This document shows positions 53,388 to 63,118 of a DNA stretch of 64,000 nt, piece by piece. The DNA is from Hydrogenophilales bacterium CG12_big_fil_rev_8_21_14_0_65_61_21 (GTDB lineage Bacteria > Pseudomonadota > Gammaproteobacteria > Burkholderiales > Thiobacillaceae). The notes beneath the pieces were generated by a model. That model saw only the letters and a program-made list of their open reading frames with translations. It did not search any database and was not told where the DNA came from. Position 1 is the stretch's first letter; the number at the start of each line of letters is the position of its first letter. The stretch is taken from NCBI GenBank assembly GCA_002782005.1, contig PFGT01000074.1, forward strand, positions 56 to 64,055, written 5' to 3'. The position numbers and the translations under genes are program-made.

Positions 53388-55121
53388 CTACATCTTGTCC
53401 GGCGCGCTAACGCCGAGCAGCGCCAAACCGCTGCGCAGGGTCTGGCGAGTCGCGGCGATCAACGCCAGCCGGGCCAGTTTCAGCGCTTCGTCGGCAACCA
53501 GGAACTGGCAAGCGGCATACAGGCCATGCAGGTCGGCGGCCAAGTCTTTCAAATAGTAGGCGACCAGATGGGGTGAAAATTCCCGCGCGGCGGAGGCGCA
53601 AATCTCCGGGAATTCAGCCAGACAATCGAGCAAGGCCAACTCCTGCGGCTGGCTCAGTTGGGTCGGGTCGGCGTCCTGGAGGTCGGCCATATCGCCGCCC
53701 CAGGCCTCCAGCACCCGGCTGATGCGGGCGTGGGCGTACTGGATGTAATAGACCGGATTGTCGTTACTCTGACTCTTGGCCAGGTCCAGGTCGAAGTCCA
53801 GATGCTGATCCGATTTACGCAACACATAGAAGAAGCGGCAGGCATCATTGCCCACTTCTGTGCGCAGCTCGCGCAGGGTGACGTACTGGCCGGAGCGAGT
53901 GGACATGGATTTTTTCTGGCCGCCTTCCCAGAGCACGGCGAATTGCACCAGGGTCACGGTTAGCCGGTCCGGGTCGGCGCCAGCGGCCTTGAGCGCGCCC
54001 TTGACCCGCGAGATGTAGCCGTGATGGTCGGCGCCCCAGACATCAATGACCTGTTCGAAGCCGCGTTCGAACTTGTTCAGGTGATAGGCGATGTCGGCGG
54101 CGAAGTAGGTGTAGATGCCGTTGTCGCGCTTGACCACCCGGTCCTTTTCGTCGCCGAAGTCGGTGGAGCGGAACCACAGCGCACCGTTCTGTTCGTAGAT
54201 GTGGCCGTTTTTTTGCAGGGCCGTGACGGCCCGGTCGATCAGCCCGGCATCGTGCAGGGTCCGTTCCGAGAACCAGTGGTCAAAGACCACCCCGAATTCG
54301 GTCAGGTCGTTGCGGCCGTCGCCCAGTTGCTCCTCCAGGGCGTAACCGTGGATATAGGCATAGTCGGGGCCGAGCAGCGCCTTGGCGTTGGCGATCAGGG
54401 CATCAAGATGGCCCTCTGGATCGCTAACGGCATCCGGCGCATTGGCCACCACCTCGGCCGCAGCACGTTTGTAACGCCCGCCATGGAGTTCAGCTACGGC
54501 CTGCGCCATGGCCTTCACGTAATCGCCCTGATAGGCGTTGCCGGGGAAGGCCACGATCTCGCCGTTCAGTTCCAGATAGCGCAGCCAGGTCGATAGCGCC
54601 AGTATGTCCATCTGTCGGCCGGCATCGTTGACGTAGTACTCGCGATAGGCGTTGTAGCCGACAAAGGCCAGGCAATTGGCCAGGCTGGCGCCGAACGCGG
54701 CGCCCCGGCCATGACCGACATGTAACGGCCCGGTCGGGTTGGCCGAGACAAACTCGATCTGTACCTTGCGGCCGTGGCCCAGGTCGCTACGGCCATAATC
54801 CGCGCCGGCGGCCAGGACGTGGCCGACCAGGGCCTGTTTCGCGGCCGGCTTGATGAATACGTTGATGAAGCCCGGCCCGGCGATCTCGGTTTTTGCCACC
54901 AGTTGCGAGGCCGGCAACGCGGCCACGATCTGCGCCGCGACTTCGCGCGGATTCTTTTTCAGGGCGCGTGCCAGTTGCATGGCCGCATTGCAAGCGTAAT
55001 CGCCGTGGCTGGCCTGCTTGGGGCGTTCCAGCTCGATGGCGATGGCGCTGCCAGGCGCGACTTGGGCGACGGCCTGACCAAATAGGTCGGCTAGATGGGT
55101 TTTGGGCTCGATGTAATTCAT
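53388..55121 (-). CDS. argS: Arginine--tRNA ligase
   Basis: HIGH-type motif (SANPTGPLHVGHGR), MSTRSG (KMSKS equivalent) and DALR anticodon-binding C-terminus. Start taken at MNYIEPK (ATG at 55121). Confidence 0.95.
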   Translation of the reverse strand: MNYIEPKTHLADLFGQAVAQVAPGSAIAIELERPKQASHGDYACNAAMQLARALKKNPREVAAQIVAALPASQLVAKTEIAGPGFINVFIKPAAKQALVGHVLAAGADYGRSDLGHGRKVQIEFVSANPTGPLHVGHGRGAAFGASLANCLAFVGYNAYREYYVNDAGRQMDILALSTWLRYLELNGEIVAFPGNAYQGDYVKAMAQAVAELHGGRYKRAAAEVVANAPDAVSDPEGHLDALIANAKALLGPDYAYIHGYALEEQLGDGRNDLTEFGVVFDHWFSERTLHDAGLIDRAVTALQKNGHIYEQNGALWFRSTDFGDEKDRVVKRDNGIYTYFAADIAYHLNKFERGFEQVIDVWGADHHGYISRVKGALKAAGADPDRLTVTLVQFAVLWEGGQKKSMSTRSGQYVTLRELRTEVGNDACRFFYVLRKSDQHLDFDLDLAKSQSNDNPVYYIQYAHARISRVLEAWGGDMADLQDADPTQLSQPQELALLDCLAEFPEICASAAREFSPHLVAYYLKDLAADLHGLYAACQFLVADEALKLARLALIAATRQTLRSGLALLGVSAPDKM

Positions 55122-55226
55122 GTTCCACAACTGGCTGCAAGTCGGCGGATTATAGCCGACTGGCAAGCCGTCCGATCAGGCGACGGCGGCAAACCCGACG
55201 AGTCGCATGGCGTTTGTCGATGGCCG

Positions 55227-57353
55227 TCAGCAGGCCGTGAGCTTGACATAGTCGAGGATGAACCATTTGTCACCGACCTTGGGAAAACCGACCCGGATCT
55301 CGGCCTCGGCGCCCTGGCCCTGGTAGCCGGACACTACGCCCTCGCCGTAGCGCGGGTGGCTGACGCGGGCGCCGATCTTGTAGGGCAGGGCGCGGGAAGG
55401 CGGCGGGGCATGGATGGCAACCGACTGGGCGGCCGGTGCGGCATAGGTCGGCGACGGTCTCAGGTTGAGCGTATGCACCAGCGCCGCCGGTATCTCCTCC
55501 AGAAAGCGCGACGGCAGGCCATAGCGCAACTGACCGTGCAACATGCGCTGCTCGGCGTGGCTGATGAATAGTCGGCGGCGGGCGCGGGTGATGGCGACGT
55601 ACATCAGCCGGCGTTCTTCTTCCAGACCACCCGCTTCGTTCAGGGCGTTCTCGTGCGGGAACAGGCCCTCCTCCAGGCCGGTGATGAACACGGTGTGGAA
55701 CTCCAGACCCTTGGCGGCATGGACGGTCATCAACTGCACCGCATCGGCGCTGGCGCCGGCCTCGTGGTCGCCGGCCTCCAGCGCGGCATGGGCCAGGAAG
55801 GCGGTCAGGCTCGGGTCGTCCGATTCGCTGGCAAAGGCCGAGGCCGCATTGGTCAGCTCGTTCAGGTTCTCGATCCGGCTCTCGCCTTCCTTTTCGGTCT
55901 GGTAGTGGGCGAGCAGACCGGAGCGCTCGACGACGATTGCGGCCGCTTCCGGCAGCGGCAGATTGGCCGTCTCGGCGCGCAGCGCTTCGATCAACTGCAC
56001 AAAACCGGCCAGGCCCTTGTGCCTGCCGCCGCCGGCGCAGGCCGCCTGCCACAAGGTAACCCCGCCCTGACGCGCGGCGGCGTCAAGCATTTCCAGGGTG
56101 CGGGTGCCGATGCCACGGGTGGGGAAGTTGGCCACCCGCAGTAAGGCGTTGTCGTCCTCGGGGTTGGCCACGAGACGCAGGTAGGCCAGGGCGTGCTTGA
56201 TCTCGGCGCGCTCAAAGAAACGCTGGCCGCCGTAGACCCGATAGGGCAGCCCGGCGGTGAACAGGGCGTGCTCGATGGCCCGCGACTGGGCGTTGGCGCG
56301 ATACAGCACGGCCATGTTCGAATAGCCGAGGCCATCCCGGTACAGCTCGCGGATGGCCTCGACCACAAAGCCGGCCTCCTCGCGGTCGTCGTTGGCCTGG
56401 TAATGGCGGATCGGCTCGCCCACCCCGGCGTCGGTCCACAAGTCCTTGCCGAGACGATTCTCATTGCCCGAAATCACCGCGTTGGCGGCGTCGAGGATGG
56501 TCGAATGGGAACGGTAGTTCTGGGTCAGTTTGATCGGCTCAGTCAGCCCCAGGTCGCGCATGAACACGGCCATGTTGCCAACATCGGCGCCCCGGAAGGC
56601 GTAGATCGACTGGTCGTCATCGCCGACCGCGAACAACGCCGTGTCCGGCCCGGCCAACAGCCTCAGCCAGGCATATTGCAGCTTGCTGGTGTCCTGGAAT
56701 TCGTCCACCAGGATATGCCGGAACCTTGTTTGATAGTGCTCGCGTAACAGGGCGTTGCGGACCAAGAGCTCGTAGGAGCGCAGCAGCAGTTCGGCGAAAT
56801 CGACCGCCCCCTCGCGGTTGCACTGCGCGTCGTACTCGGCAAACAGCTCTACCAGACGGCGGCTGTAGGGGTCCCATGCCTCGACCCGGTCGGCGCGCAG
56901 GCCGGCCTCCTTGTTCTGGTTGATGAAGGCCTGGACCTTGCGCGGCTGGTACTTGTCGGTGTCGATGTTGAGCGCCTTCAGCAGACGTTTGATCGCCGAG
57001 AGCTGGTCGGCCGAGTCGAGTATCTGGAACAGTGACGGCAACCCGGCGTCGCGGTGGTGGGCGCGCAGCAGGCGGTTGCACAGGCCATGGAAGGTGCCCA
57101 CCCACATACCCCGGGTGTTGATCGGCAGCATGGCGGAAAGCCGGGTCAGCATCTCCTTGGCCGCCTTGTTGGTGAAGGTGACCGCCAACAGGCCCATGGG
57201 CGAAACCTGGGCCGTCTGAATCAGCCAGGCGATGCGCGTGGTGAGTACCCTGGTCTTGCCCGATCCGGCCCCGGCCAGGACCAGGGCGGAACCATTAGCG
57301 GTGACGGCGGCGAGCTGGTCAGGATTGAGGCCGCCAAGCAAATCGGAGGACAT
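55227..57353 (-). CDS. uvrD: ATP-dependent DNA helicase II (UvrD)
   Basis: LNPDQLAAVT...VLAGAGSGKTRVLTTRIAWL...AVTFTNKAAKEM closely parallels E. coli UvrD. SF1 motifs run throughout, and the C-terminal Tudor-like tail is present. Confidence 0.9.
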   Translation of the reverse strand: MSSDLLGGLNPDQLAAVTANGSALVLAGAGSGKTRVLTTRIAWLIQTAQVSPMGLLAVTFTNKAAKEMLTRLSAMLPINTRGMWVGTFHGLCNRLLRAHHRDAGLPSLFQILDSADQLSAIKRLLKALNIDTDKYQPRKVQAFINQNKEAGLRADRVEAWDPYSRRLVELFAEYDAQCNREGAVDFAELLLRSYELLVRNALLREHYQTRFRHILVDEFQDTSKLQYAWLRLLAGPDTALFAVGDDDQSIYAFRGADVGNMAVFMRDLGLTEPIKLTQNYRSHSTILDAANAVISGNENRLGKDLWTDAGVGEPIRHYQANDDREEAGFVVEAIRELYRDGLGYSNMAVLYRANAQSRAIEHALFTAGLPYRVYGGQRFFERAEIKHALAYLRLVANPEDDNALLRVANFPTRGIGTRTLEMLDAAARQGGVTLWQAACAGGGRHKGLAGFVQLIEALRAETANLPLPEAAAIVVERSGLLAHYQTEKEGESRIENLNELTNAASAFASESDDPSLTAFLAHAALEAGDHEAGASADAVQLMTVHAAKGLEFHTVFITGLEEGLFPHENALNEAGGLEEERRLMYVAITRARRRLFISHAEQRMLHGQLRYGLPSRFLEEIPAALVHTLNLRPSPTYAAPAAQSVAIHAPPPSRALPYKIGARVSHPRYGEGVVSGYQGQGAEAEIRVGFPKVGDKWFILDYVKLTAC

Positions 57354-57484
57354 GGGCTGGTCGTGGAAAGAATGGGGCGATTATAACCGGCGCCGCCGCC
57401 TCATCGCGGGGCCGCCATGCACCGGCGCGGTGCGTTTCAGGGACGAAACGAGGCGATTTGTGTCCTATCTCCAAGGAATCAGGC

Positions 57485-57500
57485 TGGCATGGCGCTTGCT
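57485..57500 (+). promoter_or_regulatory. Sigma54-like -24/-12 element
   Basis: TGGCAT-GGCGC-TTGCT with exact GG-N10-GC spacing. Intergenic, on the plus strand. Confidence 0.45.
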
Positions 57501-57544
57501 GTAGTTAAAGTGCGGGCGCAAGTCCGTGTTAGGGACTTCTTCAT

Positions 57545-57582
57545 GCGGCGACTTTCCGGGCGGAAGGCCGCCGTTTTTTTTT
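57545..57582 (+). terminator. Intrinsic terminator with no upstream plus-strand gene
   Basis: GC-rich hairpin (GGCGG-AAGG-CCGCC, or the alternative longer pairing CGGCG...CGCCG) followed by nine T (57574-57582). Confidence 0.7.
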
Positions 57583-57639
57583 CAGCGTCGGGCTGAACCG
57601 GTAGAATGGCCGCATCGAAACGATGTACTGGAGTCCTTG

Positions 57640-57900
57640 ATGAACCCGATCACCGTGCTTTACTTCGGCGATCTCATGGCCAGGCTGCAAATCGGCCGCG
57701 AGAGCCTGCGCCTGCCGATGAGCGTGAAAGACGTGGCCGGCCTGATGAAGCTGCTGGCGATGCGCGGCGGCGACTGGCGGGCCGCCTTTAGCCAGGCGCG
57801 CGCCACCCTGCGCGTCACCGTCAACAAGCAGGACGCCGGTTTCGACGCCGCACTGCAAGGCGGCGACGAGGTGGCGTTCATCGAATCGGTGTCGATCTGA
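57640..57900 (+). CDS. MoaD/ThiS-like beta-grasp protein lacking the C-terminal Gly-Gly
   Basis: It aligns along its length with E. coli MoaD (VLYFG...L...VN.Q....D..L..GDEVAF) but ends ...DEVAFIESVSI-stop instead of ...FPPVTGG. GGAG lies 6 nt before the ATG. Confidence 0.6.
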   Translation: MNPITVLYFGDLMARLQIGRESLRLPMSVKDVAGLMKLLAMRGGDWRAAFSQARATLRVTVNKQDAGFDAALQGGDEVAFIESVSI

Positions 57901-58134
57901 GGTAAACGGCGGCCATGGGCCACCCTATCGTTTTAAGGGCTATTTGCAAAAGTCGGCTTGGGGTTCTTTGCAGACTTCCAGACAAGAAATCTAACCAACA
58001 TTACCTTTCGATCGGGGTAGTCGCAAAGACAAATTCCAAGCAGGGCAACACTTCTTGAATCAGCCTAGTTCAACCGCAAAAATAGTCTGATCCAACCCCA
58101 GAATGCACTTAGCCGTTTTAAGTCCGACTGGCTC

Positions 58135-59010
58135 CTAGCCTTTTTTCTTCGCCCTGGGATGCGTCTGGTCGTAGACCTTGGCCAGGTGCTGGAAGTCGAG
58201 ATGGGTATAGATCTGCGTGGTCGATAGGCTGGCATGGCCCAGCATCTCCTGCACCGCGCGCAGGTCACCGGAGGATTGCAGGACGTGCGAGGCGAAGGAG
58301 TGGCGCAGCATGTGCGGGTGAACGTTCTGGCGGATGCCTTGGTTGAAGGCCATGGCCTTCAACCGCGCCTGCACCACCCTGGGCGAGATGCGTGCGCCGC
58401 GCGCGCCGACAAATAACGCCCGGTCATCCTTGGTGATCGCCTCTCTGACCGCGAGCCAGTCGGCCAGCGCCGCCAACGCCTGGGTCCCGACCGGCACGAT
58501 GCGCTCCTTGCTACCCTTGCCGAGCACCCTGACCTCGCCGCTTTGCCGGTCAACGCTGGTGAGGTCCAGCCCGACCAACTCGGCCAGGCGCAGGCCGGAT
58601 GAGTAGATCAGCTCGAACATCGCCCGGTCCTGGATGGCCAGCGGCTCATCGCCGGCGCTCTCCAGCAGTTGCGTCATCTCGTCCGGGGACAGTGCATGAG
58701 GCAGCCGGTTGGGCCCTTTGGGCGGGCGGATGCCGGTGCAGGGGTTGGCCTCGACCCGACCTTGCCGGGCCAGATAGCGGTACAGGGCGCGCCAGCCGGA
58801 CAACGTGCGGGCCAGACTGCTGGCGGCATAGCCCCGGCCATGCAGGACAGCCAGATAATGGCGGACGTCGTGACCGGTCAGGCATTCCAGCGCCTGCTCT
58901 CCGGCCAGTTGGCTCAGGTGACCCAGGTCTTCGGCATAGGCCTCGACGGTCCGGGCGCTATAGTGGCGGGCGCGCAGATGGTCGAGGAATTCGCCGACCG
59001 GCCCGATCAT
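58135..59010 (-). CDS. xerC: Tyrosine recombinase XerC
   Basis: Core-binding N-terminal domain and the catalytic R..H-x-x-R..Y set ([33 protein letters not shown]). dapF-DUF484-xerC synteny. Start taken at MIGPVGEF (ATG at 59010). Confidence 0.9.
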   Translation of the reverse strand: MIGPVGEFLDHLRARHYSARTVEAYAEDLGHLSQLAGEQALECLTGHDVRHYLAVLHGRGYAASSLARTLSGWRALYRYLARQGRVEANPCTGIRPPKGPNRLPHALSPDEMTQLLESAGDEPLAIQDRAMFELIYSSGLRLAELVGLDLTSVDRQSGEVRVLGKGSKERIVPVGTQALAALADWLAVREAITKDDRALFVGARGARISPRVVQARLKAMAFNQGIRQNVHPHMLRHSFASHVLQSSGDLRAVQEMLGHASLSTTQIYTHLDFQHLAKVYDQTHPRAKKKG

Positions 59011-59014
59011 GGTT

Positions 59015-59668
59015 TCAGACGAACCGACTGAGCGCCGCCGAGGTGAGTTCACCCAGCCAGTTCAGGTATAGCGTGCCCATCTCGGGGTAAAACCGTTTGG
59101 CATCTTCCGAGGCCATGACCAGCAACCCCTCGACCCCCTCGTCCTTGAGCGGGGTCAGGGCGAACGAGCCGAGGCGGCCGCCGGCCTCGCCAAACCAGCT
59201 CAACATTTCCCTTGGGGCTTCATGGCCGCATTGGGGTTGGGCCAGGCCGGCGCTCAGGATGCGAATGTCCTCGCTGACCGGGGCAAATTCCGGCAGGACT
59301 TGATGGCAACTCCAAACCCGTAGCGCGATATGGGGAATGGCGAACTGCTCGGTCAAACTGAGGTAAAGCGATTCCAGCGCCGCCGGCAACGTCCTGGCGC
59401 GCATCAAGGCCAGCGACAGGCGGTGCATCTTGTCGCCGATGGCGTCGTTTTCCTCGGCGAACTGGATAAACTCCTTGAGCTTGTTCTCCAGGTTGCGCGC
59501 CCGGTCGCGCAGCAGCACCACCTGACGCTCGCCGATCGAGATGGCCTGGCCGCCGTAGGGATGGGGCACATTGAGCTGGGATAGCAGCTCGGTGTGATGG
59601 CTGAAGAACTCGGGGTTGTCCGTGAGAAACTGGGCGACCTGGTCGTGGGTGAGGATGTCGATGCTCAT
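59015..59668 (-). CDS. DUF484-family protein (YigA-like)
   Basis: [22 protein letters not shown] is a typical DUF484 N-terminus. Canonical position between dapF and xerC. Start is the ATG at 59668. Confidence 0.85.
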   Translation of the reverse strand: MSIDILTHDQVAQFLTDNPEFFSHHTELLSQLNVPHPYGGQAISIGERQVVLLRDRARNLENKLKEFIQFAEENDAIGDKMHRLSLALMRARTLPAALESLYLSLTEQFAIPHIALRVWSCHQVLPEFAPVSEDIRILSAGLAQPQCGHEAPREMLSWFGEAGGRLGSFALTPLKDEGVEGLLVMASEDAKRFYPEMGTLYLNWLGELTSAALSRFV

Positions 59669-60492
59669 AGTTCTAACTCGCCTTCGAAAACGCTGACCGC
59701 CGGGCCGGTCATGAACACGGAATGGCCCTCGCCATCCCAGCGTATGGTAAGCGGGCCGCCCCGCATTTGCACGACCACTCGATGGTCCAGCAGACCGCGC
59801 ACCATGCCGGCGACGGCGGCGGCGCAGGCGCCGGTGCCACAGGCCAGGGTCTCGCCGGCGCCGCGTTCGAACACCCGGAGCTTGATCGCCCGGCGATGCA
59901 GCAACTGCATGAAGCCGACGTTGACCCGCTCCGGGAAACGTGGGTGACGCTCGATTAGCGGCCCCCATTCGGCCACCGGCGCGGTATCGACATTGCAGGT
60001 CTCCAGCACCGCGTGCGGGTTGCCCATCGACAGCACGGCAATCTCCACCGGCTGGCCGATGTCGAGCACATAAGTGACGGCGCGGGCGTCAGCGACAAAG
60101 GGAATCTCGGCCGGCTCGAAACGGGGCGGCCCCATGTCGACAGTGACCTCGCCGTCCGCTTCCAGACGCGGGACGATGATGCCGGCGACGGTCTCGACCC
60201 GAATCTCGCGCTTGGTCGTCAGCCCATGGTCATGGACGAAGCGGACAAAGCAGCGGGCGCCGTTGCCGCACTGCTGTACCTCGCCGCCGTCGGCGTTGAA
60301 GATGCGATAGCGGAAATCGGCATCCGGCCGGGCGGCCTTTTCCACCAGCAATATCTGGTCGCAGCCGACGCCGAAATGGCGGTCGGCCAGGAAGCGGAAT
60401 TGTTCCGGGCTGAGTTCGACCCGTTGGTCGATCCCGTCGATGACTACGAAATCATTGCCCAGGCCGTGCATTTTAGTGAAGCGCAGTTTCAT
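59665..60492 (-). CDS. dapF: Diaminopimelate epimerase
   Basis: [31 protein letters not shown] and ACGTGACA catalytic cysteines. Start is the ATG at 60492. Confidence 0.95.
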   Translation of the reverse strand: MKLRFTKMHGLGNDFVVIDGIDQRVELSPEQFRFLADRHFGVGCDQILLVEKAARPDADFRYRIFNADGGEVQQCGNGARCFVRFVHDHGLTTKREIRVETVAGIIVPRLEADGEVTVDMGPPRFEPAEIPFVADARAVTYVLDIGQPVEIAVLSMGNPHAVLETCNVDTAPVAEWGPLIERHPRFPERVNVGFMQLLHRRAIKLRVFERGAGETLACGTGACAAAVAGMVRGLLDHRVVVQMRGGPLTIRWDGEGHSVFMTGPAVSVFEGELEL

Positions 60493-60908
60493 GCCGTCAT
60501 CAATGCCACGTAATCCCGATAAATGCAACGGTCCATCACCACGGTCAAGCCTGCGGCGCAGGCCTGTAGCGCGGCCGCTTTATGAACGATGCCCTCCTGT
60601 ATCCAGAGCGCCGGCGCTGGAATCGCCAGACATTCATCGACCACGGCCGGGATCTGTTCGGCGGCGCGAAACACGTCAACCAGATCGACCGGAAACGGGA
60701 TCTCGGCTAGGCTGGCATAGGCCCTTTCGCCCAGCACCTCAGCGACCGCCGGGCGCACCGGCACGATGCGGTAGCCGAAGCGCTGCATGGCCAGCGCCAC
60801 GCCATGACTCGGGCGACTCGGCTTGGGCGACAGACCGACTACGGCGATGGTCTTTACCCGTTTCAACAGGGCGAGTATTTCGTCGGGGGGTGGGTTACGG
60901 AAGTTCAC
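60489..60908 (-). CDS. CoA-binding domain protein (YccU/YneT family)
   Basis: [17 protein letters not shown]...GYRIVPVRP is a Rossmann-like CoA_binding_2 pattern. Confidence 0.8.
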   Translation of the reverse strand: MNFRNPPPDEILALLKRVKTIAVVGLSPKPSRPSHGVALAMQRFGYRIVPVRPAVAEVLGERAYASLAEIPFPVDLVDVFRAAEQIPAVVDECLAIPAPALWIQEGIVHKAAALQACAAGLTVVMDRCIYRDYVALMTA

Positions 60909-61411
60909 GACGCTGCTAATTCCTTCGTCATCACATAGTCATCCATCATAAAGCCGCCGCCTATATCTTCCATGTAGATCGTCGCCACCGTGAAGCCCTG
61001 CTTCAGATAGGCGTCGATGGCCCACTGGTTGTGCCGGTTCACCCGCAGCAATAGCCGATTGCATGAGTGCCTCTGCGCTTGGCGGGCGACTTCGGCAATC
61101 AGCCGACCGCCGATGCCGTGGCGCTGCCAGTCCGGGTGGATGTAGAGCTTGTCCAGCTTGCAGTCGCCATCCTGCAAGGGGTGGCCGTGGGCGAAACCGA
61201 CCAGTTCGGTGCCGGCCAGGGCCGCCAGCCACAGGTCACCACGAGCAATGAGCTGCTTCACCAGGCCGGGTTTGTAGCGCTGGGCCAGCATGTACTCGAT
61301 CTGTGCGGGCGGGATGATGCCGGGATAACAGGCGCGCCATATCTGACCGGCCAGTTCGACCAAGGCCTCGGCCTCAACCAGGCGCAGCGGACGGATTTCG
61401 ATCTCAGTCAT
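60905..61411 (-). CDS. GNAT-family N-acetyltransferase
   Basis: Acetyl-CoA binding motif A (LYIHPDWQRHGIGGRLI) in a 168-aa protein. Confidence 0.85.
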   Translation of the reverse strand: MTEIEIRPLRLVEAEALVELAGQIWRACYPGIIPPAQIEYMLAQRYKPGLVKQLIARGDLWLAALAGTELVGFAHGHPLQDGDCKLDKLYIHPDWQRHGIGGRLIAEVARQAQRHSCNRLLLRVNRHNQWAIDAYLKQGFTVATIYMEDIGGGFMMDDYVMTKELAAS

Positions 61412-62273
61412 ACAGGCCTGATTCTCCCTCCGGCCTGGTCTTGAAGCGCCGGTGCAACCAGAAATATTGCTCCGGCCGCTCGCGGATGCGGTCCTCGATG
61501 AAGGCGTTCATGCGCCGGGTGTCGGCGCTGACGTCGGCGCTGGGGAAGTCGGTCCAGGCCGGGTAGAAACGGGTGACGTAGCCGCCATCCTGCCAGCGGG
61601 TGATGCAGGGCACGACCGTCGCGCCGGTGGCCTTGGCCAGCCGGGCAAGGCCGGTGATGGTGGCGGCGGGGACGCCGAAGAAAGGCACGAACACGGCATC
61701 GCGAGCGCCGAAGTCCATGTCCGGCAGGTAATAGAATGGCAGCCCTTTTTTAATGGCGCGCAGCACCGGCTTGATGCCGTCACGCCGGGAGATCAACTCG
61801 GAACCGCCGAACCGGGTCCGGGCATGGAGCATCAGCCGGTCCAGGTGGGGATTTTTGATCGGCGAATACATGGACACCAAAATAGGCGGCAGCAGACTCA
61901 GGCGCACGCCGCCCAGGTTGAGGCCGACGAAGTGGGGCGCCAGCAGGATCAAGGGCTTGCCGACCAGGGCATCGTAGTGTTCCTGGCCTTCGATATGGAC
62001 CAGTTTTTCCACCTCGGCCCGGCTGCCCCACCACGATACGGTCTCCAGCAGGCTGGCGCGGCCCACGGCGCGGAAGTGGGCCTTGGCCAGACGTTCCCGT
62101 TCAGCCGCGTCGAGTTCGAGAAAGCACAGGCCCAAGTTGGTCAGGACCACCCGGCGCCGGCTGGCCACCAGGACATAGAGCAGCGCCCCCAGCCCCTCGC
62201 CCAGGCGGGCCAGCGCGCGCGCGGATAGCAGCCGCCAGAGCAGCCAGAGCAGGGCGATGCCGAGCCGGCTCAT
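61404..62273 (-). CDS. Lipid A biosynthesis late acyltransferase (LpxL/LpxM family), copy 2
   Basis: N-terminal TM anchor and the HX4D-type motif region (LLAPHFVGLNLGG). Start taken at MSRLGIALL (ATG at 62273), giving an ATGA-type junction with the upstream paralog. Confidence 0.8.
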   Translation of the reverse strand: MSRLGIALLWLLWRLLSARALARLGEGLGALLYVLVASRRRVVLTNLGLCFLELDAAERERLAKAHFRAVGRASLLETVSWWGSRAEVEKLVHIEGQEHYDALVGKPLILLAPHFVGLNLGGVRLSLLPPILVSMYSPIKNPHLDRLMLHARTRFGGSELISRRDGIKPVLRAIKKGLPFYYLPDMDFGARDAVFVPFFGVPAATITGLARLAKATGATVVPCITRWQDGGYVTRFYPAWTDFPSADVSADTRRMNAFIEDRIRERPEQYFWLHRRFKTRPEGESGLYD

Positions 62274-63118
62274 AGCGCCGGCCCCTCTGGCGGCCGCTGG
62301 TTGCCGCTGATGCGGTGCAGGCGATAGCTCCACAGATACTGCTCGGGCCGTTGCCTGATGCGCTCCTCCAGCGTTCGGTTGACGATCCGGCAGGCCGATG
62401 CGGTATCGGTCGGCAGGTCGGGCAGGGCCTCGATGACCAGGCGATAACCCCGGCCCCAGGACAAACGTTCGCACTGGAACAGCAGCAGCGCGGCCTGGGT
62501 CTTGTCATGCAGACGATAAAGCAAGGTCGGCATGTAGGCCCAGCGGCCGAAAAACGGCGTCCAGATACCATCACCGTCGGTGGCGTGTTGGTCGGGCAAG
62601 ACCCAGGCCGCCCGGTTTTGCTTCAACGCCTTGAGCAGGGCGCGCACGCCCGCCAGGTTGGGCTCTACCGCCCGCCCCAGGGTGCCGCTGCGACCTTGCT
62701 GCATCAACTCGTGAAACCATGCCTGACGTGGTCGGCGATAGAGGGCGATCATGGGTATACGGCTGGCCAGATACAGGCCGGCCAGTTCCAGACAGCCCAG
62801 ATGAGGGCCCAGGACGATCAGGCCGTTGCCTCGTTGTAGTCCGGCCTCGACGTGTTCCCAGCCGCTAACGGCACGCACCCAGCCGGTGACTTCATCGAGC
62901 GGGCGCAACCAGATGGCCGGCATCTCGACCAGCATCTTGCCTAGTTCCATGCCGACCCGCATCAGCCTGAGCGGGGAATACAGCCCGGCCTGGCGCAGAT
63001 TGTCGACGATGACCCGGCGGTGACGACCGCGCAGCAAGGCCAGCAGGCCCAGCGCCGCCCCCAGTAGATGGAGCAGGGGCAAGGGCAGACGGGCAACGAG
63101 GCCCAGAAAGGTCAGCAT
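62270..63118 (-). CDS. Lipid A biosynthesis late acyltransferase (LpxL/LpxM family), copy 1
   Basis: Same family (VLGPHLGCLELAG...). Tandem with copy 2. Confidence 0.8.
   Translation of the reverse strand: MLTFLGLVARLPLPLLHLLGAALGLLALLRGRHRRVIVDNLRQAGLYSPLRLMRVGMELGKMLVEMPAIWLRPLDEVTGWVRAVSGWEHVEAGLQRGNGLIVLGPHLGCLELAGLYLASRIPMIALYRRPRQAWFHELMQQGRSGTLGRAVEPNLAGVRALLKALKQNRAAWVLPDQHATDGDGIWTPFFGRWAYMPTLLYRLHDKTQAALLLFQCERLSWGRGYRLVIEALPDLPTDTASACRIVNRTLEERIRQRPEQYLWSYRLHRISGNQRPPEGPAL

Noticed and set aside
57354-57520. LexA (SOS) box upstream of uvrD.
   Set aside because: No CTGT-N8-ACAG match was seen on either strand in the upstream region.
57354-57640. Molybdenum-cofactor (Moco) riboswitch upstream of the MoaD-like gene.
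   Set aside because: The context would fit. However, I could not find the conserved GCCUCC ... GGAAAGG core or the CUCCGAGCC-type element I remember, only loose resemblances (CUCCAAGG, GGAAGG). It is kept as something to test with a covariance model, not claimed.
57925-58125. 9-nt direct repeat CGTTTTAAG (near 57929 and 58113), considered as possible att-like or target-site duplication.
   Set aside because: The chance expectation for a 9-mer repeat inside a 234-nt AT-richer stretch is not negligible (about 0.1), and nothing mobile lies between the copies.
58135-59010. Tyrosine recombinase as a marker of an integrated mobile element.
   Set aside because: It is embedded in the conserved dapF-DUF484-xerC housekeeping cluster. 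There is no flanking tRNA, no repeats and no phage or transposon genes. It is the chromosomal dimer-resolution XerC.
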